Shown: piece by piece, positions 12,232 through 23,060 of the stretch
How the letters are laid out: every line of letters starts with the position of its first letter
Position numbering within the stretch: position 1 is the first letter of the stretch
Source of the DNA: Burkholderiales bacterium
GTDB lineage: Bacteria > Pseudomonadota > Gammaproteobacteria > Burkholderiales > SG8-39
Assembly: GCA_035624675.1 (NCBI GenBank)
Contig: DASPRB010000232.1
Span: 1-55,811, forward strand
Length of the DNA: 55,811 bases
Reading direction: 5' to 3'
The notes under the pieces: generated by a model
The model's input: only the letters and a program-made list of their open reading frames with translations
What the model was told of the DNA's origin: nothing
Database searches by the model: none
Program-made: the position numbers and the translations under genes

Positions 12232-13464
12232 ATGCAGCAGCCCAAGTTCGGTATTTCGTTGCTCGTCGCGGCGAGCGCGTTGGCTCTCGCGGGATGCGGC
12301 GAGGAGAAGAAGCCGGAACCGGCGAAGACGCAGGCGCAGGCGCCCGCGGTGCCGACGATCGAGATCAAGATCGGCCACGTCGCACCGCTCACCGGCGGTA
12401 TCGCGCACCTCGGGAAGGATAACGAGAACGGCGCGCGCCTCGCGATCGACCAGGCCAACGCAGCGAAGATCATGATCGGCGGCAAGCTCGCGCACTTCGA
12501 GCTGCTGGCCGAGGACGATCAGGCCGACCCGAAAGTCGCCACGACCGTGGCGCAGAAGCTCGTCGATGCGAAGGTCGCGGGCGTGGACGGGCACCTCAAC
12601 TCGGGCACGACGATTCCGGCCTCGGCGATCTACCACCAGGCGGGCGTTCCGATGATCACGGGCTCGGCGACCAACCCGATGCTCACCGAGCAGGGCTTCG
12701 ACAACGTGTTCCGCGTGGTCGGTCGCGACGATCAGCAGGGTCCCGCGATCGCCAGCTATCTTGCCGCAACGGACAAGCCGAAGGTCGTCGCCGTGATCGA
12801 CGACGCGACCGCCTACGGCCAGGGACTCGCCGACGAAGTCGCGAAGACGCTCAAGGCCGCGGGAATCAAGGTGCTCGCGCGCGAGAAAGGGACCGACAAG
12901 ACCACGGACTGGAAGGCGGTGCTCACCAAGATCAAGGGCGAGAAGCCGGACGCAGTGTTCTACGGCGGCATGGACGCCACCGGCGGCCCGCTCATCAAGC
13001 AGGGCAAGGAGCTTGGCCTCGATGCGGTATACGCCTTCGGCGACGGCGCGTGCACCGACAAGATGGCCGAGCTCGCCGGACAGGCCGCGGAAGGCATGCT
13101 GTGCTCGCAGGCGGGCATTCCGCCGCAGGCGGCGTCGAAGTCTTTCCTCGACGCCTACAAGGCGAAATTCAACACCGATCCGATCCTGTACGCGCCGTTC
13201 ACCTACGACGCGGCAAACCTGCTCATCGAAGCGATGCGCGAGGCCGGCTCCGCGGAGCCAGCCAAGTATTTGCCGACGCTTCACAAGATCAGCTACATGG
13301 GCGCGACGGGCCGCATCGAATTCGACGCCAAGGGCGACCGCAAAGACGCCGAGATCACGATCTTTTCCATGAAGAGCGGCAAGATCGCGCCGATCGCCGT
13401 GGTCAAGAGCGGCAAGACGATGACCTACGACGAGTTCCTGAAAGGCATGGGCGGGGCCAAGTAG
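12232..13464 (+). CDS. Branched-chain amino acid ABC transporter substrate-binding lipoprotein (LivJ/LivK family).
   Basis: Lipobox LALAGCG, a type I periplasmic binding-protein pattern (IGHVAPLTGGIAHLG), and position ahead of livHMGF. Confidence 0.85.
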   Translation: MQQPKFGISLLVAASALALAGCGEEKKPEPAKTQAQAPAVPTIEIKIGHVAPLTGGIAHLGKDNENGARLAIDQANAAKIMIGGKLAHFELLAEDDQADPKVATTVAQKLVDAKVAGVDGHLNSGTTIPASAIYHQAGVPMITGSATNPMLTEQGFDNVFRVVGRDDQQGPAIASYLAATDKPKVVAVIDDATAYGQGLADEVAKTLKAAGIKVLAREKGTDKTTDWKAVLTKIKGEKPDAVFYGGMDATGGPLIKQGKELGLDAVYAFGDGACTDKMAELAGQAAEGMLCSQAGIPPQAASKSFLDAYKAKFNTDPILYAPFTYDAANLLIEAMREAGSAEPAKYLPTLHKISYMGATGRIEFDAKGDRKDAEITIFSMKSGKIAPIAVVKSGKTMTYDEFLKGMGGAK

Positions 13465-13489
13465 CCCGCTTCGCTACCGGCATGAGGCG

Positions 13490-13520
13490 AACGGCACCTT
13501 CGGGTGCCGTTTGCATTTTT
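13490..13520 (+). terminator. Rho-independent terminator or attenuator between the binding-protein gene and livH.
   Basis: AACGGCACC-TTCG-GGTGCCGTT is a perfect 9-bp stem with a TTCG loop, followed by TGCATTTTT. Confidence 0.85.
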
Positions 13521-13556
13521 GGCGCCGGCCGCGCCGTTTGCTAGGCTTCGGCCGCG

Positions 13557-14543
13557 ATGGACATCTTCCTGCAGCAGGTTGTCAACGGCCTGACGCTGGG
13601 CGCTGTCTACGCCATCGTCGCGCTCGGCTACACGATGGTCTACGGGATCATCCAGCTCATCAACTTCGCGCATGGCGAAGTCGTCATGATCGGCGCCATG
13701 GTGGCCTTGAGCGTCATCAACCTGCTCGCGGATTCCGGCCTGCCGCCGCTCGTCGTCGTGCTCACGGGCGCGGCATGCGCCATTCCGGTGTGCATGCTGG
13801 TCGCTTACGCAATGGAGCGCCTGGCGTACCGGCCGTTGCGCCGGGCTCCGCGCCTCGCGCCCCTGATCACCGCGATCGGCGTGTCGATCATCCTGCAGCA
13901 TCTGGCAATGCTGGTCTGGAGCCGCAACGTGCTCGCATTCCCCCAGATCATCGACACGCGCGTCTACAACTTCGCGGGCGCGGTGATCACCAACGTGCAG
14001 ATCGCAATCCTCCTCTCGTGCGTGGCGCTGATGGCTGCGCTCGCGTGGCTCGTCTACCGGACGCGCCTGGGGACCGCGATGCGCGCCACGGCGCAGAATC
14101 CCCAGGTCGCAGGTTTGATGGGCATCGATGCGAATCGCGTCATCGCGACGACCTTTCTCATCGGCGCGGCACTCGCGGCGATCGCCGGAGTCATGGTCGG
14201 CACCTACTACGGCGTAGCGCAGTACACCATGGGCTCGATCCTCGGCCTGAAGGCATTTTCCGCCGCCGTACTCGGCGGCATCGGAAACATCCCCGGCGCG
14301 ATGCTGGGCGGCGTGCTGCTCGGCGTTGTCGAGGCGCTCGGCGCGGGATACATCGGCAGTCTCACCGACCTTTGCAGCTATCCCGTCATCTCCGGCTGGC
14401 TCGGAGCGCGCTGCGCGGGCGGCGGGCACTTCGTGCTGTTCGGCTCCAACTACCAGGACGTATTCGCCTTCGCCGTGCTGATCCTGGTGCTCGTCTTCCG
14501 GCCGTCCGGGCTGCTCGGCGAGCGAGTCGGTGACCGGGCGTGA
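13557..14543 (+). CDS. livH: Branched-chain amino acid ABC transporter permease.
   Basis: MDIFLQQVVNGLTLGAVYAIVALGYTMVYG and INFAHGE are typical LivH blocks. Confidence 0.9.
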   Translation: MDIFLQQVVNGLTLGAVYAIVALGYTMVYGIIQLINFAHGEVVMIGAMVALSVINLLADSGLPPLVVVLTGAACAIPVCMLVAYAMERLAYRPLRRAPRLAPLITAIGVSIILQHLAMLVWSRNVLAFPQIIDTRVYNFAGAVITNVQIAILLSCVALMAALAWLVYRTRLGTAMRATAQNPQVAGLMGIDANRVIATTFLIGAALAAIAGVMVGTYYGVAQYTMGSILGLKAFSAAVLGGIGNIPGAMLGGVLLGVVEALGAGYIGSLTDLCSYPVISGWLGARCAGGGHFVLFGSNYQDVFAFAVLILVLVFRPSGLLGERVGDRA

Positions 14544-15607
14544 GTGCGGGCGCGCGCCGCAAAGGAGTTTTGTTCTGGGGCGGCGTCGCACTCGTCGCCG
14601 CCGTGCTCATCGTGCTGCCGTTCGCCGTGACGCAGATCGGCACCACGTGGGTGCGCGTCACCAATCTCGCGCTGCTGTACGTGATGCTCGCGCTCGGCCT
14701 GAACATCGTGGTCGGCTTCGCCGGGCTGCTCGATCTCGGTTACATCGCCTTCTACGGCGTCGGCGCGTACACCTACGCGCTGCTCGCGAGCCCGCAATTC
14801 GGGCTGCATTTGCCGTTCTGGGTGATCCTGCCGATCGGCGCCGCGATCGCCGCGCTGTTCGGCGTCCTGCTCGGCGCTCCGACCCTCAAGCTGCGCGGCG
14901 ACTATCTGGCCATCGTGACGCTCGGCTTCGGCGAGATCATCCGGATTTTCCTGAACAACCTTGCGCAGCCGGTGAATATCACCAACGGTCCGCAGGGCGT
15001 TTACCGTATCGACCCGTTCCGCCTCGACGGCCTGAACTTCGCCACCAACCAGAAGATCCTCGGCCTCGAATTCTCCGGACCGATCAAGTACTACTACTTG
15101 CTCATCGTGTTCGTTGCGGTGATCATCGGGATCAACCTGAGGTTGCAGAACTCGCGCATCGGCCGAGCCTGGGAGGCGATCCGCGAGGACGAGGTCGCTG
15201 CACGCGCGATGGGCATCAACACCACGAAACTCAAGCTACTCTCCTACGCGATGGGCGCGACCTTCGGCGGGCTGGCGGGCGGAGTGTTCGCGGCAATCCA
15301 GGAGTTCATCTCGCCTGAGAGCTTCGTCCTCGTCGAGTCGATCCTGGTGGTATCGATGGTCGTTCTGGGCGGCATGGGCAACGTCTGGGGCGTAGTGCTG
15401 GGCGCGGTGCTGCTCTCGTTCGTGCCTGAAATCCTGCGCTTCTCGGTGGCGCCGGTGCAGCAGGCGCTGTTCGGCCGCATGCTGATCGAGCCCGAGGTCA
15501 TCCGCATGCTGCTGTTCGGCTTTGCGATGGTGCTGGTAATGCTGTTCCGCCCGGCGGGCCTGCTGCCCTCGGCGGTGAGGAAGCGCGAATTGACGGAGCG
15601 CAGGTGA
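14540..15607 (+). CDS. livM: Branched-chain amino acid ABC transporter permease.
   Basis: LNIVVGFAGLLDLGYIAFYGVGAY is a LivM block. The GTG start overlaps the livH stop (GTGA). Confidence 0.9.
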   Translation: MSAGARRKGVLFWGGVALVAAVLIVLPFAVTQIGTTWVRVTNLALLYVMLALGLNIVVGFAGLLDLGYIAFYGVGAYTYALLASPQFGLHLPFWVILPIGAAIAALFGVLLGAPTLKLRGDYLAIVTLGFGEIIRIFLNNLAQPVNITNGPQGVYRIDPFRLDGLNFATNQKILGLEFSGPIKYYYLLIVFVAVIIGINLRLQNSRIGRAWEAIREDEVAARAMGINTTKLKLLSYAMGATFGGLAGGVFAAIQEFISPESFVLVESILVVSMVVLGGMGNVWGVVLGAVLLSFVPEILRFSVAPVQQALFGRMLIEPEVIRMLLFGFAMVLVMLFRPAGLLPSAVRKRELTERR

Positions 15608-16374
15608 ACGAGCTGCTCGTCGCGCGCGACGTAGGCAAGCGCTTCGGCGGGGTGCAGGCGCTGTCCGACATATCGTTCTCGATTCGCCGCGGCGAGATCT
15701 ACGGCCTCATCGGCCCGAACGGCGCCGGCAAGACGACATTCTTCAACGTGCTCACCGGCATCTACGCGCCGGACGCCGGTGCGATCTCCTTCGACGGAGC
15801 GCCGCTCGCCGGGCTGAAGGCGCACCAGATGGCGGCGCGCGGGATCGCGCGCACCTTCCAGAATATCCGCCTGTTCGGCAATCTTTCGGCGCTCGAGAAC
15901 GTGATGATCGGGCGCCACGTGCGCACCCGCGCCGGAGTGCTTGGTGCCATCCTGCGCGACTCCCGCACGCAGGCAGAGGAGCGCGCCATCGAGCGGCGCG
16001 CGCTCGAGCTGCTCGAGTACGTCGGGATCCGCGCTCGCGCCAACGACCCGGCCGGCAGCCTGCCGTACGGCGATCAGCGCCGGCTCGAGATCGCGCGTGC
16101 CCTCGCGACCGACCCCAAGCTGCTGGCGCTCGACGAGCCCGCCGCCGGGATGAACCCGTCGGAGCGGATCGCGCTCGGCGGGCTGATCGAGCGCATCCGT
16201 GACGGCGGGCTCACGGTGCTGCTCATCGAGCACGACATGCGCCTGGTGATGAAAGTCTGCGACCGCGTGCTGGTGCTCGACTACGGCATTCGCATCGCAG
16301 AGGGGCTCCCGGCGGAGGTACAGCAGGATAGCAAGGTCATCGAGGCCTATCTCGGAGTACCCGCGACGCCATGA
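15604..16374 (+). CDS. livG: Branched-chain amino acid ABC transporter ATP-binding protein.
   Basis: Walker A GPNGAGKTT, an LPYGDQRRLEIARAL signature region, and Walker B LLALDEPAAG. Confidence 0.9.
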   Translation: MNELLVARDVGKRFGGVQALSDISFSIRRGEIYGLIGPNGAGKTTFFNVLTGIYAPDAGAISFDGAPLAGLKAHQMAARGIARTFQNIRLFGNLSALENVMIGRHVRTRAGVLGAILRDSRTQAEERAIERRALELLEYVGIRARANDPAGSLPYGDQRRLEIARALATDPKLLALDEPAAGMNPSERIALGGLIERIRDGGLTVLLIEHDMRLVMKVCDRVLVLDYGIRIAEGLPAEVQQDSKVIEAYLGVPATP

Positions 16375-17087
16375 GCCTTCTACAGGTCGCAGCGCTCGAA
16401 GTGCGCTACGGCGGCATCCGCGCCGTCAAGGGGATCGACCTCGAGGTGAACGAGGGCGAGCTGGTGTGCCTGATCGGTGCGAACGGCGCGGGCAAGAGTT
16501 CGACCCTGAAAGCGATCTGCGGCCTGGTGCCCACCCGCGTGGGCAGCGTGCGCTATGCCGGCGAGGAGCTCTCCGCGCTGCCGGTGCACGAGCTGCCGCG
16601 CCGAGGGCTCGCCCTGGTGCCGGAGGGCCGCGGCATCTTTCCGCAGCTCACCGTCGCGGAGAACCTCGCCATGGGCGCGTACACGCGCCGCGACACGGCT
16701 GTCGCGGAGGACCTGGAGCGCATGCACGACCTGTTCCCGCGGCTGCGCGAGCGGCGCAGTCAGACCGCGGGAACGCTATCGGGCGGCGAGCAGCAAATGC
16801 TCGCCATCGCCCGCGCGCTGATGAGCCGGCCGCGGTTGCTGCTGCTCGACGAGCCTTCGATGGGACTGGCGCCGATGCTGGTCGCGAAGATCCTCGAGGT
16901 GGTGCGCGAGATCGCGCGCCAGGGCGTCACCGTGCTGCTCGTCGAGCAAAACGCCAGGCTGGCGCTCGAGATCGCCAGCCGCGGCTACGTGATGGAATCC
17001 GGCGCGATTTCGCTCGCCGCCGATGCGCGCAGCCTGCTCGCCGATCCGCGCGTGCGCGAGGCCTACTTGGGCGAAGGCGCCGGCTGA
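16371..17087 (+). CDS. livF: Branched-chain amino acid ABC transporter ATP-binding protein.
   Basis: Walker A GANGAGKSS, the LSGGEQQML signature, and Walker B LLLLDEPS. Confidence 0.9.
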   Translation: MSLLQVAALEVRYGGIRAVKGIDLEVNEGELVCLIGANGAGKSSTLKAICGLVPTRVGSVRYAGEELSALPVHELPRRGLALVPEGRGIFPQLTVAENLAMGAYTRRDTAVAEDLERMHDLFPRLRERRSQTAGTLSGGEQQMLAIARALMSRPRLLLLDEPSMGLAPMLVAKILEVVREIARQGVTVLLVEQNARLALEIASRGYVMESGAISLAADARSLLADPRVREAYLGEGAG

Positions 17088-18109
17088 GCCAGATCGGCCT
17101 GCGTTGTGAAGGAGTCGGCGAAGAACTCCTCCTCGGGCAGGCCGCACTGCTGGACGAAGTCGCGCCGCGCGGAGTCCACCATCACCGGAACCCCGCAGGC
17201 GTACACCTGATGGCCGGAAAGGTCGGGGAAGTCCTGCATGACGGCACGATGCACGAACCCGGTCCGCCCCTGCCAGCCGTCCTCGGGCAGCGCGTCCGAG
17301 ATCACCGGAACGTACCTGAAGTTCGCGTGCTCGGCGGCCCACTTCTCGGGCAGCACGCCCAGGTACAGATCTTTTGGTCGGCGCCCGCCCCAATAGAGCG
17401 TCATTGGCCGCTCGATGCCCTCGTAGAGGGCGTGCTCGATCACCGACTTGATCGGCGCGAAGCCCGTGCCCGAGGCCACGAACACGACCGGCTTGGCGGA
17501 ATCTTCGCGCAGGAAGAAGGTGCCGTGCGGACCCTCGAAGCGCAGGATGTCGCGCTCCTTCATCTTGCCGAATACGTGATCGGTGAATTGCCCTCCCGGG
17601 ACGTGGCGCACGTGCAGCTGGATGAGCTCATCGTCGTGCGGCGCGTTGGCCATCGAAAAGCTACGGCGCGAGCCGTCGCGCAGCAGAAATTCGATGTACT
17701 GACCCGCGAGGAAAAGCAGCCGCTCGTTCGCGGGAAGCTTGAGATAGAGCACCACCACGTCGTCGGCGAGCCGCTCCATCTTCTGCACGCGGCAGGGCAG
17801 CGTCTTGATGGGGATGTCCTTCACCGCGCCGACCGTGCGTGCCTCGAGCACCACATCGCTAAGCGGCCTGGCCTGGCAGAACAGTGCCTTGCCCTCCTTT
17901 TTCTCGATCTCCGGCAGGGCCTTCAGCTGATAGGTGCCGTAGTCGACGCTGCCCGAAAGGATCTTGCCCTTGCAGCTTCCGCACGCGCCGTTGCGGCAGC
18001 CATATGGCAGCACGAAGCCGTGGCGCAGGGCAGCCGTGAGGATCGACTCGCCCTCCTCGACCTCGAACTGGTGCCCGCTCGGCTGTAGGGTGACCTTGAA
18101 GTTGCTCAC
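17063..18109 (-). CDS. 2Fe-2S ferredoxin fused to an FNR-like flavin reductase (AscD / CDP-6-deoxy-delta-3,4-glucoseen reductase-like, Fre-related).
   Basis: Plant-type ferredoxin cysteines CRNGACGSCK...C, an RSFSMAN flavin-binding motif, and a GTGFAP NAD(P)H-binding motif. GTG start. Confidence 0.85.
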   Translation of the reverse strand: MSNFKVTLQPSGHQFEVEEGESILTAALRHGFVLPYGCRNGACGSCKGKILSGSVDYGTYQLKALPEIEKKEGKALFCQARPLSDVVLEARTVGAVKDIPIKTLPCRVQKMERLADDVVVLYLKLPANERLLFLAGQYIEFLLRDGSRRSFSMANAPHDDELIQLHVRHVPGGQFTDHVFGKMKERDILRFEGPHGTFFLREDSAKPVVFVASGTGFAPIKSVIEHALYEGIERPMTLYWGGRRPKDLYLGVLPEKWAAEHANFRYVPVISDALPEDGWQGRTGFVHRAVMQDFPDLSGHQVYACGVPVMVDSARRDFVQQCGLPEEEFFADSFTTQADLAQPAPSPK

Positions 18110-18134
18110 TGTGAAGGCTGGCTAAAATGGCTGC

Positions 18135-18965
18135 ATGAAGCGCTTGTTGATCGTCGGTTTCGGAGACGTGGCGCGCCGTTTGTTGCCGCTGCTTCCGCCC
18201 GGGGTGGCAGTGCGCCGCGCGTCACGCAGCGAGGGATACGACCTCGACCGTCCGGAAACGCTCGCGAGTCTCGCCGACTGGGCAGACGTCGTGCTGCACT
18301 GTGCGCCGCCTCCGAACACCGGCGAGCGCGACCCGCGAACGACGCACCTTCTCACCGTCCTGGAGCGCGGCATTCTACCAGCGCGCCTGGTCTATATCAG
18401 CACGAGCGGTGTGTACGGCGACTGCGGCGGGGCACTGGTAGACGAGACGCGCGCGCTCGCGCCGCAGTCGGAGCGGGCCCGGCGCCGTGCCGCGGCCGAG
18501 ACCCAGCTCGGCGCATGGTGCCCCGCGCGCGGCGTCGCGCTCGTCGTGCTGCGCGCGCCGGGCATCTATGCCGCGGACCGCCTGCCACTCGAACGTCTGC
18601 GCGCCGGCACGCCTGTGCTGCGCGACGAGGACGACGTCTACACCAACCACGTGCATGCCGATGACCTCGCGGCCGTCGCGGCGCGCGCCCTGCAATCCGA
18701 CGCGCCGCCCGGCGCGTACAACGCTTCGGACGACAGCCAGCTGAAGATGGGGCAATGGCTCGATCTCGTCGCCGAACGCTTCGGTCTGCCGCGTCCGCCG
18801 CGCATCGCGCGCCGCGATGCTGCAGGTAGAATTCCGGCTGCGCTGCTTTCGTTCATGAGCGAGTCGCGGCGTCTGGACAACCGCAAAATGAAGGAGCTGC
18901 TCGGCGTGCGATTGCGTTATGCAACGGTATACGACGGCCTGCGTGCCGCGGCGGCACCCGCGTGA
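18135..18965 (+). CDS. NAD(P)-dependent epimerase/dehydratase-like (extended SDR) protein.
   Basis: N-terminal Rossmann-like LLIVGFGDVARRLL and ISTSGVYGD. The similarity is low-specificity, so the function is unknown. Confidence 0.65.
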   Translation: MKRLLIVGFGDVARRLLPLLPPGVAVRRASRSEGYDLDRPETLASLADWADVVLHCAPPPNTGERDPRTTHLLTVLERGILPARLVYISTSGVYGDCGGALVDETRALAPQSERARRRAAAETQLGAWCPARGVALVVLRAPGIYAADRLPLERLRAGTPVLRDEDDVYTNHVHADDLAAVAARALQSDAPPGAYNASDDSQLKMGQWLDLVAERFGLPRPPRIARRDAAGRIPAALLSFMSESRRLDNRKMKELLGVRLRYATVYDGLRAAAAPA

Positions 18966-19282
18966 GCGCGCTGCTCGTGCTGACCAATCTGCCCGACCGG
19001 GCGGCCGCGGAGAGGCTCGCCGAGCACCTGATCGCCGAGCGTGTCGCGGCCTGCGTCAACATCCTCGCGCCCTGCCGCTCCGTTTACCGCTGGCAGGGCG
19101 CGCTCGAGCGCGCGGAGGAACATCCGCTGCTCATCAAGACCACCGCCGAGCGCTATGGCGCGCTGGAACAGGCGATCCGCGCTGCTCATCCCTACGAACT
19201 TCCGGAAGTCGTCGCGGTCCCAATCGAGCGCGGGCTGGCCCCGTACCTCGACTGGGTGGAGAGCGAGACGCGCCCCGCATGA
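18962..19282 (+). CDS. cutA: Divalent-cation tolerance protein CutA.
   Basis: 106 aa with LVLTNLPD..AEHLIAERVAACVNI..S.YRWQG..E.EEHPLLIKT..YELPEV. It is coupled to dsbD, as is common. Confidence 0.9.
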   Translation: MSALLVLTNLPDRAAAERLAEHLIAERVAACVNILAPCRSVYRWQGALERAEEHPLLIKTTAERYGALEQAIRAAHPYELPEVVAVPIERGLAPYLDWVESETRPA

Positions 19283-21102
19283 GAGCCTGGATCCGCCTTT
19301 TCCCGCTCGTGTTGTGCCTCGCGGCGGCGCACGCAGTGGCGCAGCTCAAGCTCGCCCCTTCGTCCGACGATCTGCTCGAGCCCGAGAAGGCATTCCAGTT
19401 CTCGGCGCACGCGCTCGACGCGAAGTCGATCGAAGTGAGCTTCGCGATCGCCGACGGCTACTATCTGTATCGCGACAAGTTCCGCTTCAAGCTGGATGCG
19501 CCGCCCGGCGTCACCCTCGGTGCGCCGGAGTTCCCGCCGGGGATCCGGAAGAAAGACGAATTCTTCGGCGAGGTGGAGACCTACCGCAAGCAGGTTGACA
19601 TCCGCATCCCGGTGGACGCGGGCGCGGCGCGCACGCTGCAGCTGAGCGTGCGGTCGCAGGGCTGCGCCGATATCGGGGTGTGCTACGTGCCGATGGACTC
19701 CAAGGCGACGATCCAGCTCGCCGCAGCCGGCGCCAGTGCAGCGGGCGGGGGCACACTCGCGCTCTCGCAGGGCGGGCGCGCGGTGCCGCCCGAGCCGCGC
19801 TTCTCGCTCTTCGCAAGCGACCGCGATATCGCGGCCCTGTTCCAGGGCAACATTTGGGTCGTGATCATGAGCTTCCTCGGTTTCGGAGTCCTGCTCACGT
19901 TCACGCCGTGCGTATTGCCCATGGTACCAATCCTGTCGGGCATTATCGCGGGCGAAGGCAAGACCCTGAACAAGCCGCGCGCCTTCGTACTTTCGGTTTC
20001 CTATGTGCTCGGCATGGCGGTCACTTACACGGGCGCAGGAATTGCGGCAGCCTACTCGGGCTCGATCGTCACGGCGGCGCTGCAGAATCCTTGGGTGCTC
20101 GGCGCCTTTGCGCTAGTGTTCGTTTGGCTGGCGCTGTCGATGTTCGGATTCCACGACCTGCAGCTTCCGGCGTTCCTGCACCATCACGTCTCGCGCGCGC
20201 ACCAGAAACTACGGGGCGGACACGTCGCGTCGGTGGCCGCGATGGGGATTCTCTCGGCGCTGGTCGTGAGCCCCTGTGTCACCGCGCCCCTCGCGGGAGC
20301 GTTGCTTGTCATTTCGCAGACACAGGACGTCGCGCGGGGCGGAATCGCGCTTTTCTCGATGGCAATTGGCATGGGCGTACCGTTGGTGGTGGTCGGCGTT
20401 TCCGAGGGTGCGCTGCTGCCAAAGGCGGGCCCGTGGATGAATGGCGTCAAGAAATTTTTCGGCGTGTTGCTGCTAGCGGTCGCCGTGTGGATCGTCTCGC
20501 CGGTGATCCCGCCCGCGGTACAGATGCTGCTGTGGGCTGCGCTGCTCGTCGGCTCGGCGATGTTCCTGCGCGCGATCGACCCGCTGCCGGCGGATGCGTC
20601 GGGCTACGCGCGGCTGTGGAAGGGCGCGGGCGTGTTTTCGCTGGTGGCGGGACTCGCGCTGCTCGTCGGCGTGCTCGCCGGCAACCGCAACCCGCTGCGC
20701 CCGCTCGCCGGGATTGCATCGGGCAGCGTGCCGGCCGTAGCGCCGCTCAAATGGCAACCCGTTGCGTCGCTCACCGAACTGAACTCTGCGCTGCGCGCTC
20801 CCGGAAGGCCGGCGATGCTCGATTTCTACGCCGACTGGTGCGTGTCGTGCAAGGAGATGGAGAACTTTACCTTCAGCGACCCGCGTGTGCGCGCGCGCAT
20901 GGACGGGATGCTGCTGCTGCGCGCCGACGTGACGGAGAGTACGGAGCGCCAGAAGCTGCTGCTCAAGCGTTTTTCGCTGGTGGGTCCGCCCGGGATCATA
21001 TTCTTCGATGCTCAGGGGCGCGAGATCCGGGGTCTGCGCGTGATCGGTTACCAGGACGCAGAGCGCTTCCTGAAGACGCTGGACCTCGCAGCGGCACCCT
21101 GA
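19279..21102 (+). CDS. dsbD: Thiol:disulfide interchange protein / protein-disulfide reductase DsbD.
   Basis: Signal peptide MRAWIRLFPLVLCLAAAHA, an N-terminal domain (QGCADIGVCY), a membrane core with TPCVLPM and SPCVTAP, and a C-terminal thioredoxin fold (YADWCVSCK). The ORF-track start at 18919 is an upstream extension through cutA. The ATG at 19279 overlaps the cutA stop (ATGA). Confidence 0.92.
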   Translation: MRAWIRLFPLVLCLAAAHAVAQLKLAPSSDDLLEPEKAFQFSAHALDAKSIEVSFAIADGYYLYRDKFRFKLDAPPGVTLGAPEFPPGIRKKDEFFGEVETYRKQVDIRIPVDAGAARTLQLSVRSQGCADIGVCYVPMDSKATIQLAAAGASAAGGGTLALSQGGRAVPPEPRFSLFASDRDIAALFQGNIWVVIMSFLGFGVLLTFTPCVLPMVPILSGIIAGEGKTLNKPRAFVLSVSYVLGMAVTYTGAGIAAAYSGSIVTAALQNPWVLGAFALVFVWLALSMFGFHDLQLPAFLHHHVSRAHQKLRGGHVASVAAMGILSALVVSPCVTAPLAGALLVISQTQDVARGGIALFSMAIGMGVPLVVVGVSEGALLPKAGPWMNGVKKFFGVLLLAVAVWIVSPVIPPAVQMLLWAALLVGSAMFLRAIDPLPADASGYARLWKGAGVFSLVAGLALLVGVLAGNRNPLRPLAGIASGSVPAVAPLKWQPVASLTELNSALRAPGRPAMLDFYADWCVSCKEMENFTFSDPRVRARMDGMLLLRADVTESTERQKLLLKRFSLVGPPGIIFFDAQGREIRGLRVIGYQDAERFLKTLDLAAAP

Positions 21103-21103
21103 G

Positions 21104-23007
<1,904 letters not shown>

Positions 23008-23060
23008 TTACCGTTAGACGATGCCAATCGTCTCCCGCTTCTCCTCCCTGAGCGGGTGCC

